A stretch of 63,354 nt of DNA, counting the filler, from Sphacelaria rigidula (taxonomy: Eukaryota): the NCBI GenBank assembly GCA_964200075.2. It is 10 parts of 10 records of this genome, joined end to end, with 100 filler letters (N's around TTAATTAATTAA, not from the genome) between each part and the next. Parts side by side here need not be neighbours in the genome. Positions count along the whole stretch, not along the records: positions 44,421 to 50,665 come from CAXNAA020021265.1; positions 50,766 to 57,010 come from CAXNAA020021266.1; positions 57,111 to 63,354 come from CAXNAA020021267.1; 7 more parts are not named here. One strand, written 5' to 3'. Below, one piece after another: positions 50,339 to 61,300 of this stretch (its first letter is position 1; every line of letters starts with the position of its first letter). The notes below the pieces were generated by a model. The model searched no databases, was not told the DNA's origin, and saw only the letters and a program-made list of their open reading frames with translations. Both the position numbers and the translations under genes were made by a program.

Positions 50339-50665
50339 GGCCCCCGGCAGCCTAATGGTACCGTTAGTACAGTACCGTCTGCAAAACGTTAGCACGTAAA
50401 ATTTGGGTTCGGTTCCCGGAGGATGTATTTGGGTTCTTCTGAAAATAAAAACGTGTTTACTTTCCGTCGTTGACAAGTCGTTGAAAAGTCCAGAACGTCC
50501 GTGAGCAGCAAAAAACGAGTGGATTCGAGGAGAGTTGACGCGGTGCGGGAGTGCTTTTTGTCATGATCCAATCCGCGAGACCAAGTACACGGCGTTAACC
50601 AGGGGAGACATGAACTGATCCCTTAGGACAACGGATTCGTCCGGAGAACGGGGGAGGGTGGAGGG
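50339..50665 (+). mobile_element. tRNA-headed SINE family Y
   Basis: Degenerate A box (GCAGCCTAATGG), B box (GGTTCGGTTCC), core GAGTTGACGCGGTGCGGGAGTGCT...CCGCGAGACCAAG. Confidence 0.7.
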
Positions 50666-50765
50666 NNNNNNNNNNNNNNNNNNNNNNNNNNNNNNNNNNN
50701 NNNNNNNNNTTAATTAATTAANNNNNNNNNNNNNNNNNNNNNNNNNNNNNNNNNNNNNNNNNNNN
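50666..50765. other. Artificial contig linker
   Basis: 44 N + TTAATTAATTAA + 44 N. Confidence 0.99.
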
Positions 50766-52235
50766 AGGGAGGGGTAACCAAGAATCAAAAGACAAAGAAA
50801 AAAAACAAATGACTCCCCCCCCCCCCCCCCCCCCCCCGCCCCAGCAACTCTAAGTATGGCCACTCCTCACTCTCGATGCCGTTCCGTGATCGAGCGCTGA
50901 GGGTTTGATAAACGGCAGAATACCGGAAAATCTAAGACGTCACCCTCAGTCGGTGGCGTTTTCGTAGATCCGCCACATCTCGTATTTCGTGTGCACCGTA
51001 TCCACTCGTGGTGCATCCTGCACAAGCCATCGTGCGGGCAGGGTGCTTTCGGTATTTTATACAAAAGTTGGCGACGCACACTGTTACGAAGGGGGTTTGA
51101 GCCATACATGTAATACTGCATGAAGCCGAGGAGGCGCAACTTCGTCGCCGAAGCCCCACCGTCTGTCCTACAATCTCGCAACATTCCCCGCTTGCTCCGT
51201 TCATTTCCTAGGCTGTTGAGAAGAGTCGGGAAGCGTCTCTAGATGTTCCCAACTCAAGTCTGAGGTTGCCGGTGTTCAGGTGCTACGTTGTTCGCCAACG
51301 CCTGTTGCTTATTATGCGTTTTGTTCAAAACGGGGTCATTTTGAAGCGGACACGCCTGCCGATGCGTGACGATTACTCGGGTTTAGTGTGCAAGACCGAA
51401 AAACAAGAACGAATAATTTATGCTAATTATGCAAAAACATGAGAAGCAAAATCGCACGTTCACCTGGTCTCACCGACTCCTCGGGAGGCCCCGGCCATTG
51501 TATGACCCACATTCCCGAGACAATTTCACTTCGAGTCCATTGCTTGGGTCGTGTTTTGGGATGAAGCGAACATCTTCGGCCCACTTGCTCCTGAATGACG
51601 CTCGATATCACCGAGAGGAATTACTACTCATCCCCTCACTTAATTTCGCCGGTTTTTTTAGGTCTCAGTCATCGTATACCCCGATATTCTTGGAACAGTT
51701 TCACGCTTGCTCCATTTCCTGGGCCGTTTAAAGAATTGAGGAAAAAACAACACACACAAACGTGCCTGGAGGAAGCCCAAGTTCACTGGTGTCTGGATTT
51801 CTTTCTTGTGGCGCGTCATCGCTTCTTCGGGCTACCGGTTGCCGGAAATTACTCGGGACCTCAACAAAACAGTGACGCTCACACGAGTACAGAGGTCTTT
51901 TTTATCTGTTGTGATCTCAGCATTTGCCTCTAGGAACGCGCATTTGCAATTTCGTCCACCAACTAATGGAATCGAGGGGAACTGGACCATCTGTGACTTA
52001 TTGGGCCCTTGAGGACAAACCAGGTCACATGCTCCAAACATTTCCACGTTTCCTTCATCCCTCACGAAACGCCGGAGGTGGCCCGATGTTGATACTTTCG
52101 AACTCCTCTTGACTTCACCGGTCTCTCCGGGGTTCCCGTTCCCCCATTTAGGAAGAGTAAACCCGTGCAACCGAGGAAGTTTCGGAAGCATCAATCAGGA
52201 ACATGCAGGTGAAGTTCTTCTCCCAACCTTGCCAT

Positions 52236-52510
52236 GCCCCCGTGGTGTAACGGTTCGACTGTCGCCATTAGGGTGGATAGAACAGGGGTTCGATTCCCGA
52301 TGGGTTGGGTTCTTTCTTCGTCATGTATGCTTTCCACCGTGGAAAGCGTGAGAAGGTGAGTAAACGAAGTAGTCGACTATATTGTGTGACGTGAGTTGAC
52401 GCGGTGCGGGAGTGCTGACCCAATACGCGAGATCAAAATGAAAGGCTTGTACCGGGGAAGAGGTGGGTTGATCCCTTGATACCACGGACTCATCCCGAGG
52501 AAGGGGAGGG
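52236..52510 (+). mobile_element. tRNA-headed SINE family Y
   Basis: A box TGGTGTAACGG, B box GGTTCGATTCC (52287-52297), same core as the 50339 and 57111 copies. Confidence 0.8.
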
Positions 52511-52916
52511 GTTCAAAGTGTGAGGAAAAATAAAAAATAAACTCTTGGACGCCGGCGTGAGAAGTTGCTTCCGAATGTGTTCTCCGTTCCTCCGGTGAAT
52601 CAGCTCATACCTCAACATGAGCACTGTGTACTTACTGCGTTTTATATGGGAAAAAACTCTCACGAGAACTTGCGAGGATTCAGAATCAGATAATGTGACT
52701 CGAGGTCGAGAAAATGAACACGTGCAGCTAACCTGCCCCCGTTTAGCTGTGTAGGGCACCCAGGCCTACAATTTGTACTAGAAAAAAAAGCATATTTCTC
52801 CCTCCTGTCTTCTGTTTCAGTGGGGCAAGGGATCGGGAAGACGCGGAAATATTCAGGAAAACGTTCTTGATCTTCTGCACTCTCTACTCTCCCCTCCTCT
52901 CCGTATATCATCTCAC

Positions 52917-53023
52917 CAGCTAGCGGGAAGGCACTTTGCCGGGTCGTCCTCCACGGTGATAACAGGCGTCTTGTCTACCTGCGCCTCAGACTTCATGAGC
53001 TGGACATACTCCGCGGCCGCCTC
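52917..53023 (-). CDS. VHA-E: V-type proton ATPase subunit E, internal exon
   Basis: EAAAEYVQLMKSEAQVDKTPVITVEDDPAKCLPAS(C); TACAG acceptor in phase with the previous exon; TG|GTGAG donor. Absent from the ORF track. Confidence 0.85.
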
Positions 53024-53357
53024 CTGTACGTGAAAGAAAAAGGGAGGCGGCATGAAATGGACGTACCAGTAAATGTCAACACGTTCCAAGTATTTTCCTT
53101 TTCACAAAGCGAGGCTTCAATACAAGCACAGTGATACGACCATCAAGATCAGCAGAAACGTAAGTTGTCTAATCTTCCCACTTTCCTCGTGGAGAGAAGA
53201 CGCGGTCATATCACACTATATTGTGATTACAGCCACTTTTTCAAGCAAACCAAGTACATGGGTGACAAAAAAAAAAAGAAACACGAACACAAATGGGTAC
53301 GCAAGGGGATTGTAGATGGTAGTTGTTGACGCTAAATGCGCAATAACCGCCCCCCAT

Positions 53358-53397
<40 letters not shown>

Positions 53398-53914
53398 ACC
53401 CCACACCCCCCGCGGCGCAACCCCCCACCACCCAACAGCTGACCCACACCCACGACANNNNNNNNNNATGGGTACGAAAGGGGATTGGAAAGGGTGTTTG
53501 TTGCGGCAAAACGCGAAATAACCCCCCCCCACCCCCCCCCCCCCCCCCCTCCCCCCGATAGACAACATATACCGAAACGTGGAGCAGGTTCAAACCGACG
53601 ATTAATTGTAATTCGATCACACTCAAGACTCCAAAACATCGTCACCGTTGCTGTAGCTTTTTTCTTCTTGATGTGTGCTCTTTTGAGCACCGACAGATGG
53701 ACGGTCATGTCTAGCAGTTCTTTTTTCCAGTTAGCGTAGTGCCGGTGTAAAAAGGTTGACATTCTCGACATTTCGCTTATTAAATTGACACAGAACACAA
53801 CGATTCAAGCACATCTCGAAAACAGCAATCCTTGGGGATAACACGATTCCAAAAGTGCACCTCATGGAAACAGTTTTCGGGGAGTCTGTGTTCGTTGGGG
53901 GGGGAGGGGGGGGG

Positions 53915-53974
53915 TGCTCATTTGTCGCTTGCTTTTATCGTTTGACCAGCGAACACGCCTCCCTTTCGAAACAG
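53915..53974 (-). mobile_element. Family Z (type 2)
   Basis: Reverse complement CTGTTTCGAAAGGGAGGCGTG..GGTCAAACGATAAAAGCAAGCGACAAATGAGCA(C)n; GTTCGTTGGGGG duplicated on both flanks. Confidence 0.7.
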
Positions 53975-54182
53975 GTTCGTTGGGGGAGGGAGTGCTTCTC
54001 GATGAAATATCCTTCTACAGCTTTGCAAGACTTGCTCTCTACAAAAGGAGGCAGCGGCACTTCAAGAGCAAAATCTTGACGAGGGAAAGAGGCTGACCCA
54101 ACTTGGCCGCTTACACGACTATCGTCCTACCGTCGTGACCGATGACTTCCTCAACCAGTAACAGCCCCCGAATTCAACGGAC

Positions 54183-54417
54183 CTTGGCAACGGACTTGAC
54201 AGCGGCGACGTCTGCCTCCCTGCAGATGACCGTGATCTCGTCCTCCTCGATCTTGATCATGCTCTGCACGATCAGGGCCTTCAACAGGACGGGGTACTGG
54301 CGACCCTTGGACACCTGCGTGATGTCCTTGGTTGCATTCGCAAGCAACTCCTGAAGCAACTGGTCCCTCGAGGTCATCTTCTTTACGCGCGAGTTACCGA
54401 TCATGGTGGACCGTGAG
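54183..54417 (-). CDS. VHA-E: V-type proton ATPase subunit E, internal exon
   Basis: SRSTMIGNSRVKKMTSRDQLLQELL...QYPVLLKALIVQSMIKIEEDEITVICREADVAAVKSVAK; phase 2 to 0. Confidence 0.93.
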
Positions 54418-55026
54418 CTGATCGAGGCAGCGGGGGGGGGGGGGAATGGGGATTGGGGGAAAAGGGGGAAAATGGACTCAGAAAAAAAAATGTGCAACAT
54501 TTGGAACGTTGCAAATGGATGGATGCAGTATTTTGGATTGCCTCACAACGCAAGAGGGTTTCAGGAATGCCGCAACTACAAAGTACTGTACACACAGAAC
54601 ACCGAGTGCAAGCCGGCGCTGGGATGTGTCCCTTAAAAGCAGTGAAACGTGATCAAGATTGATCGCCCAACACGAATCAAGACGCCTAAAAACAGAGCCC
54701 AGTCATATCGCGGGCTGGTCCACGGAGAAGACGCAGCGTGGGCAGGTTTATCTCTCGTTCAATCGCGGATCCCACGGACCCGGTGAAACCGACCGAAAGA
54801 TGATTGGGCCGCATATGGTCCACCTCGAGGTTCTTCTTTCGAAAAACGTGAGTTCGCTTCTGCAATCTGGTCTGCTTCAAAGGTTAAAATCACGAGGTTC
54901 AAGAGCTGTGCCTGACGCGTGTGCTTGAAACCATGGTTCAAAATCGAAGCTTTACGCAACGATTTTTCCCCGACGCGGTTCTGTGTACCTCGTGTCGCCC
55001 AACGGCAAAACTGTTCCCCCCCGCTG

Positions 55027-55092
55027 TGCTCCGTCTCAGAACAGACGCGTGGCCAATGGTCAAATGACCAAGGCAAGCAACAAATGAGTATG
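55027..55092 (+). mobile_element. Family Z (type 2) with perfect TSD
   Basis: CCCCCCCGCTG at 55016-55026 and 55093-55103. Confidence 0.85.
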
Positions 55093-55256
55093 CCCCCCCG
55101 CTGCATTATTATCGCCTGGGCTTCGGACTCGATAAGAAAAAATGCTGACGCTGCAGTGAAAAAAATACGACAACAAAGCAATGGAATTGGTAATATAAAC
55201 TCCGTGTCTTCATTTCTGACACGGGCCTTTTCTTCCAAAGAAGAAGCGAAATGCCG

Positions 55257-55257
<1 letters not shown>

Positions 55258-55291
<34 letters not shown>

Positions 55292-55641
55292 GTCATTTCA
55301 TCCATTCTGGACGCTAGTCTACACGTCTGTGTACATGTGGGCCCATCAGCCGGGGTCACACAGCGGAGAGGCCAGCACGAGATTTGTTTTCTAGTCCTAA
55401 TCTGGTACTCCACCTTTCTTCTGCGGTACATGTGTTATTCGTCATCGCGAGAGGGATTCAGCGATTCCTTTTCCTAGTCGACCGCGAAGTCGAATTTCGT
55501 GTTCCACAAGACGCAGTCGCTCCACACCATTGGTAACTATGTGAAAAAAAAAAACTAGATCATGTAACACCGCGGTTCGAACCCACGACCCAATCGTCTC
55601 AAGTATTTGAGGGAATCAACTGAGCCACCAGGACGACCGGT
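55258..55641 (-). mobile_element. tRNA-headed SINE family X, near full length
   Basis: A box TGGCTCAGTTG, B box GGTTCGAACC, central core, tail ending in (CA)n. Confidence 0.8.
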
Positions 55642-56935
55642 GCAAAAGCTTGTAAATGAAAAAAAACTGCACAACAATGGAAAATGACCTTTTATCCGAG
55701 GAAAGAATGCAAGACAAGTTAAAAAAATGTTTTTTCATTCCGCGCGTTGTGCCTCTAAAATACTGCCGACCCCTTGGTTTCAGTCACAAGCTGCCCCCCG
55801 AACCCAGCAGCTGATGATCCACCACCCGGTAGGTTTACTCATGTCCGACTGTTGAGTCGATGTACACGGATTTCCCCCCCTCTCGCGAGGGGATTACAGC
55901 GACGATGCCAGAAACATAACTAACCGACCATCCCAGGAGTCTTCATATTTTAGAGTCCGTGCGAAAAATCCATGCTGCATATCGTTTAGGCCTCCAAGCT
56001 CCCTGTCTACCTGAAGGAGCCAAGCGCGTCCCTGGCAAGTACAGTACAAGGCAGCGTGCCGCTTCCGTACCGGTTCCGTCGATGTGAGGGACCATCGGGG
56101 GTGAGTTTAAAAAACGTACCCGGTATCCGCGGATCCTTCATTTTCATCGATACGCGACTTGAAAGGCTTATGGGGCATCCGAGTCTAGACATTTCGTCGG
56201 CGCGTCGACTCACCAGCTTCGCATATACAACCACCATGAGAATTGTGCTCGGGGCGATTACCAGGAGACGCTATTATTCGAGAGTGCTTCATCCATGAGA
56301 GGTTCGACGGTAGCCCTGTAGTCCACGACCATGCAGGAGAGACCCACGACTAGCTGGCGGGTTTCCACATAACCCACGACGACCGAGGGCATATAGAAAA
56401 CAAGTCGTTGCTTTCTACTAATTCAGGGGATGTGTGAAACGTTTCATGGAGTGGGGTGATGCCTAACGAACCCCAGGAACTGAGATGACTAACGCGGAAA
56501 GGAGCTAGACACGCAACGGTGAAAGACTGACGGGTCTTGGAATTGTAAGAGGGCGTGGAGGGTATGCAGAGACTATCGATCGCACAAGTGGTACTCTGGA
56601 ATACGAAACAGCAACGCCAGGGCGGGATTCTTGTTTGTCTCGTTTTGGAAAGGGTGGCTTGCAGTCTGTCTGTGCCGCATTATTCCCGAACCATCACATA
56701 AGACCAACGAATATAACAGACGCCTCCGCACGATGAACATGAAAAGCTTGGATGTGCCTAAACGCGGAGAGTTAGTTCATCGGCCCCCGCATGTCTGAGC
56801 TCTTCGGCGGAGTAGGATGGTGCAGGGTGATGTTGTCACCTACATGTACCACGACCTACAGTAGTGTAGTCTGGGCGGGATTATTCCCGAACGATCACCA
56901 CAAGACGAACCAACAGAACAGACGCCTCTGCATCA

Positions 56936-57010
56936 TGTGTTGTGTGTTGTGTGTTGTCGTCCCATTTATTCTGGGCACCAGTCTACACCTTTCGGTGTAT
57001 GTGGGTGCAT
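56936..57010 (-). mobile_element. SINE family X tail at contig end
   Basis: GTGTTGTCGTCCCATTTATTCTGGGCACCAGTCTACACCTTTCGGTGTATGTGGGTGCAT. Confidence 0.75.
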
Positions 57011-57110
57011 NNNNNNNNNNNNNNNNNNNNNNNNNNNNNNNNNNNNNNNNNNNNTTAATTAATTAANNNNNNNNNNNNNNNNNNNNNNNNNNNNNNNNNN
57101 NNNNNNNNNN
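57011..57110. other. Artificial contig linker
   Basis: 44 N + TTAATTAATTAA + 44 N. Confidence 0.99.
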
Positions 57111-57378
57111 CCTATTGTAGGATGACTCTCCCCTTCCTCGGGACTCAAAGGATCAACCCATATCTCCCCCGGAACATGCCGTGCATCTTGGTCTCGCGGA
57201 AAGGATCAGCATTCCCGCACCGCGTCAACTCAAGTCCACTGACCTTGTTTACTCACGTCCTCAAGCTGTGGACGGTGGAAATCAGATACGAAGAGGAAAC
57301 AACCAACGCATCGGGAATCGAGCCCTTCTTCTTTCGACCCTGATGGCGACACTCGGACCATTGCTGCGCAACAGGGAC
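57111..57378 (-). mobile_element. tRNA-headed SINE family Y
   Basis: Colinear with 52236-52510: TGTCGCCAT.AGGGT, GGCTCGATTCCCGATG, TTTCCACCGT, GAGTTGACGCGGTGCGGGAATGCTGA. Confidence 0.8.
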
Positions 57379-58373
57379 ACATCTTCACTCCAGAACCTTG
57401 GTCTACATCAAATGTGCTCCGCATGAGCAGAAACCATCACCTTATGAATATTCGATATTTGCGCAAACTCGCCCGTATATCCCACGATTCGACTATTTGA
57501 ATACAATGATGGTATATGACCGCGTGCGGGAATTAAACTAGTACAGTACATTATCACGATCGTTATACAAACGATCGGCGGATATGAAGAGATCCTAGTC
57601 GAAAGTGTGCTTGTATGAAGTAGAGATTGGATTGTTCTTATGGTTAGCGCCGCTGCTTGAGGCTGGATACAGAGTTGTCCCTGACCAGCCGCAGGCGTAC
57701 GTCACTACTGACGCTCTGATTGGCCACAGCATGGCGCGTCAGGCTGATTTTGTAGTATGACAGGGTTGTATGCAAGGCAGGGTGAGGGCGAGCAGCGCCC
57801 CTACCTCGCCTACCGAGTTCACTCGACCCACCGATCAGTCTGTAGGCATCTTTTGGATATAAAAATGAAGTTTTCACCGATTGTTCATGATAGCTGTTGT
57901 CGTATCGACTGAGTTGTGTAGAACATATGATTAAACGATTTGAATAACGGAACTGTCGATCTATAGGTTGCTCAGCTACCACATATTTGAGAATTGCGAA
58001 GAACGTTCGCGGTCCTTTCTGTTGGTTATGCAGGCTTTGAGGATTCTGCTTTAGTCCGAGGATGGTATCCGTGGTGCGGGGAACAACCCGAGAATTTTGT
58101 CGTTCGTAAGAAGTGCGTTGGTCCGAGTTCCATTGCTGGAACCATGTGGTTTCTAGGGTCTCTAGGATGTAGATGACGCGAGCTAGCCTACCTTGCTCAC
58201 TTCACTTTCCAGGTCCGTCTCTGCGGACCAAGGTCTCGATAGTTCAACAGTACATATTTTTCTCCAGAAGTCACGAGTTCACCGACACGCTATAGCGCAT
58301 CAGTCGACTGCTGCTCCGTCCCCCTGGACTGTGCATGAGACTGTCGAGGGAGGCTTTATCAACTTTCCTCATC

Positions 58374-61300
58374 ATGGTTGAACTGGGGAACAAGGATTCT
58401 GCGGTCAACCCAGCTGAGGGTGGATCGCGGGAAGTTGGTGAGAGAATTTGTTCCATAGAGACACAGTTGTCTCAACTCATGACTCTTGTATCGACTTTTG
58501 TTGAGCAACAGGGAAGGAAAGTGAAGTCCTCTGGTTTCGTAGCTGCCGCGCCGGGAGACACCGGGTCAGAGACTAGTATGCACCTTTTTGACGATGCTAC
58601 TGGTAGGACCGCGGGAAGTACGGGTGGCGATACCCAAGGCTTAGGCGTGTCCGGCATGTGGGTTGGGAGTGGTAGTCTTGCAGGCTCAGGCTTGAGCCCT
58701 CATGTATCTACTGTAATTCGGTACTGGTGGGACCGCAGGAGGTATGGGTGGCCATGGCCAAGGCTTAGGCGCATCCAGCATGTGGGTTGGGAGTAGCGGT
58801 CTTGCAGACTCAGGCGTGAACCCACATGTATCTTCTTTAAATCGTTTCTTTGTTGCTGCAGTAAACTTTGCTTTGATCGGGACTGTAGGTGGGACTTTAA
58901 ATGTCAGTCCTCTACCCCGCCCGCTCCTTCTCTGTCGAGTAAGTGGTGGGAAAACGTAGCCAGTGGAAACACTCTAATTCCTGAGGTTGACATTTCCGAC
59001 ACAGGAGAGAAGTTGGGTAGGGGTCCTCAAAGCTCCTGTTTTCGACGGCAACGACGTGTCGTACCCCTCATGGTCGCAGAACTTCCTGTTGAGTGCACGA
59101 CACAATCATCTGTATGAGGCGTTTGTTTCTAAAGCTGATATTCCGATTGCAGACATTGTTTTAGACTCACCAACATGATAGATACTGTTGCTGAAATTTT
59201 ATACAGCCAGTGATCTAGATGCTTGTTTCGTTCTGGGTTTTGGCTGTAGCAAAATAGCGGTGCATTAGATTTCGGTTTATAAAGGGCCCCAGTAATGACC
59301 CTGGGTGCAGTACCATTTCATGTGGATCCTTGATGATTTCTCAAAGTCAAGAGAGTGACAGAGAGGGGTGCAACTTGATGCTTGAGGGACTGTCGCACGA
59401 GTACAAGGCTTTGCGTAAAACTCTTGTGGTGTTTTGTCCGAATGACCCATCGTTCATAGGAGAAGGATCACTTGAGGAAGGACTGCCTGGCACGCGTGAT
59501 CGCTGATCCTACCCAGACCGGAAAATCCGAGGATGCTGAGGATGAGAACGGCGAGAGGTCTAGTTTGGTGTTACTCTCTCAAACCAGCTTGAACAACTCG
59601 AGTGATCTGACGTGTCTGGCAGCATTTTACAATGCCATGCTTCGTGAGTGCCTGTTCAGTGACGATGTTCTTCGTGAATTCTCTTCTCTTGTAAGGATGG
59701 GAGTGTCGAAGATTGGTAAGCAGACACGGGTACTGCTTTCCACATGACTGATTCTCCCTCTTGTATGAAGGATGTACAGCCTTGCCACAAGAACGTCAAA
59801 AGGATTGGTGGCGTGCCTTGTGAGGTAGCACTCTCTGGAACACTAGAGTTGGTGTTTGTGACTGCTGACAGCAAATTTTCCGTAGAGTTGGCGAACGTGT
59901 TGTACTCTCCCAACGTAGGGTATCACCTCTGATGCCCCCGCGCAGAGTTTTATGGCAAGTCATGGAGTGATCTTGGTGGTCCTGATGGTGTGATGACTGC
60001 TTACGACGAGCATTCTACTTTTACTTTTCAGAACTTCAATGGCATGCTAATAGCGACTGCGTATCGTCTGGAAGATGACTCTGTTGGTTTGGTGTTTGCT
60101 GCCCTCACTCCTTCAAACCCCAAGCATGAAAAGAAGATGGATGTGAACGAGTTCCACAACATTTATGCTCATTGACACGAGGGATTACTTTGTACCACTG
60201 CAAAAAGACTTGGTACCGAGTTGACCGGTGACATGGATGCTTGTACGGGATGTTAGATGTCGAAGGCTATTAGGAAAGGAATTGTTCATGAAACTCAAAG
60301 TAGATCGGGTAAAAAGTTGGGCAGAGCTTTTGTTGACCTGGGAGGGAGGAAGGACGTTGCGTCCCTAGGGGGTAAACACTACCCCATGCTTGTGAAGGAT
60401 GATTTCACAAGGTGTGCATGGATGTATTTCCTGAGAAATAGATCAGACGCTGGGAGTGCTCTTCGGAGTTTTCTCACCAGTGTGCGTGCTGATGGAATCC
60501 CATCACTGGTTGAGATTGCTAGATCTGACAATGGAGGGGAGTTTGCATCCGTATGCAATAAGCTTTGATCAAACAAGAGTTCACTCCGGTTTACAGTCCC
60601 CAATATAACGGTGTTGCAGAGCGTGGATTGGGTTCGATTGAGGAGGCCGCTGTGGTGGCTCGTATTCAGGCGAAAGTTCTCTTTGGGCATGTGCAGTTAC
60701 CCAAGACTGACAGACTTTGGGCTGAGGCGATGCATTACGCTTGCGAGGCTCTTGACCACACAGCGTGCTCTGCTAACCCTGTCTCCAAGTCGCCGTATGA
60801 GGTGTGGTATGGAGAACCTCGTCCTGCTAGACCGTATCCGCTTTTGAAGCCGGCTTACTGCAGGTGGCAGCGACCGTCTAAACTGCAACCGAAAGGTGAG
60901 AGTTGCTTTCATGTCTGTCCTTCGAGAGACCATCCGCGTGATTGTGTTACGAAGGCTGGAACTATTCAGGAAACGAGAGATGCGACGTGGGAGGCATTAC
61001 CGTCAGAGCTCTCTTCACCGCAACATCCTCTGCCGATTGAGATCACGGAAGAGGGAAGGGAGGAAAGTGACTATGGCCGCTTGCAGGGGGGGGGATTTCA
61101 ACACATTCGTATTCGTGTGAATCGTGATGCAGTGTTATCCTATGGTGCAGGAATCGATGAGTTTGGCAGTGTTCATGCAGGGAGTGTACGCCAGCCGCCT
61201 TCTGTCCCATATTCCCCCTCGCTGTACCGTCTTCACCCGTGCACAACTCCTCTAGTATAACGGTTCCCTCTGTGCCCACTTCAGCACTTGAGATGGACGG

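Noticed and set aside
52236..52305. tRNA-like sequences with A and B boxes (also near 55570-55641, 26668, 22490, 10470, 32630)
   Set aside because: No complete cloverleaf evident; several continue into shared SINE bodies, so treated as SINE heads or relics.
53290..53560. Poly-Pro/poly-Gly ORFs and duplicated ATGGGTACG..AGGGGATTG block
   Set aside because: Same artefact: degraded duplicate across the N gap at 53458-53467.
6247..57110. Regularly spaced TTAATTAATTAA palindromes about every 6345 bp
   Set aside because: Artificial six-frame-stop linkers padded with N; the periodicity comes from length sorting.
59275..59293. GGTTTATAAAGGGCCCCAG resembling a copia primer-binding site
   Set aside because: Poor match, lies inside gag, and no LTR end precedes it.
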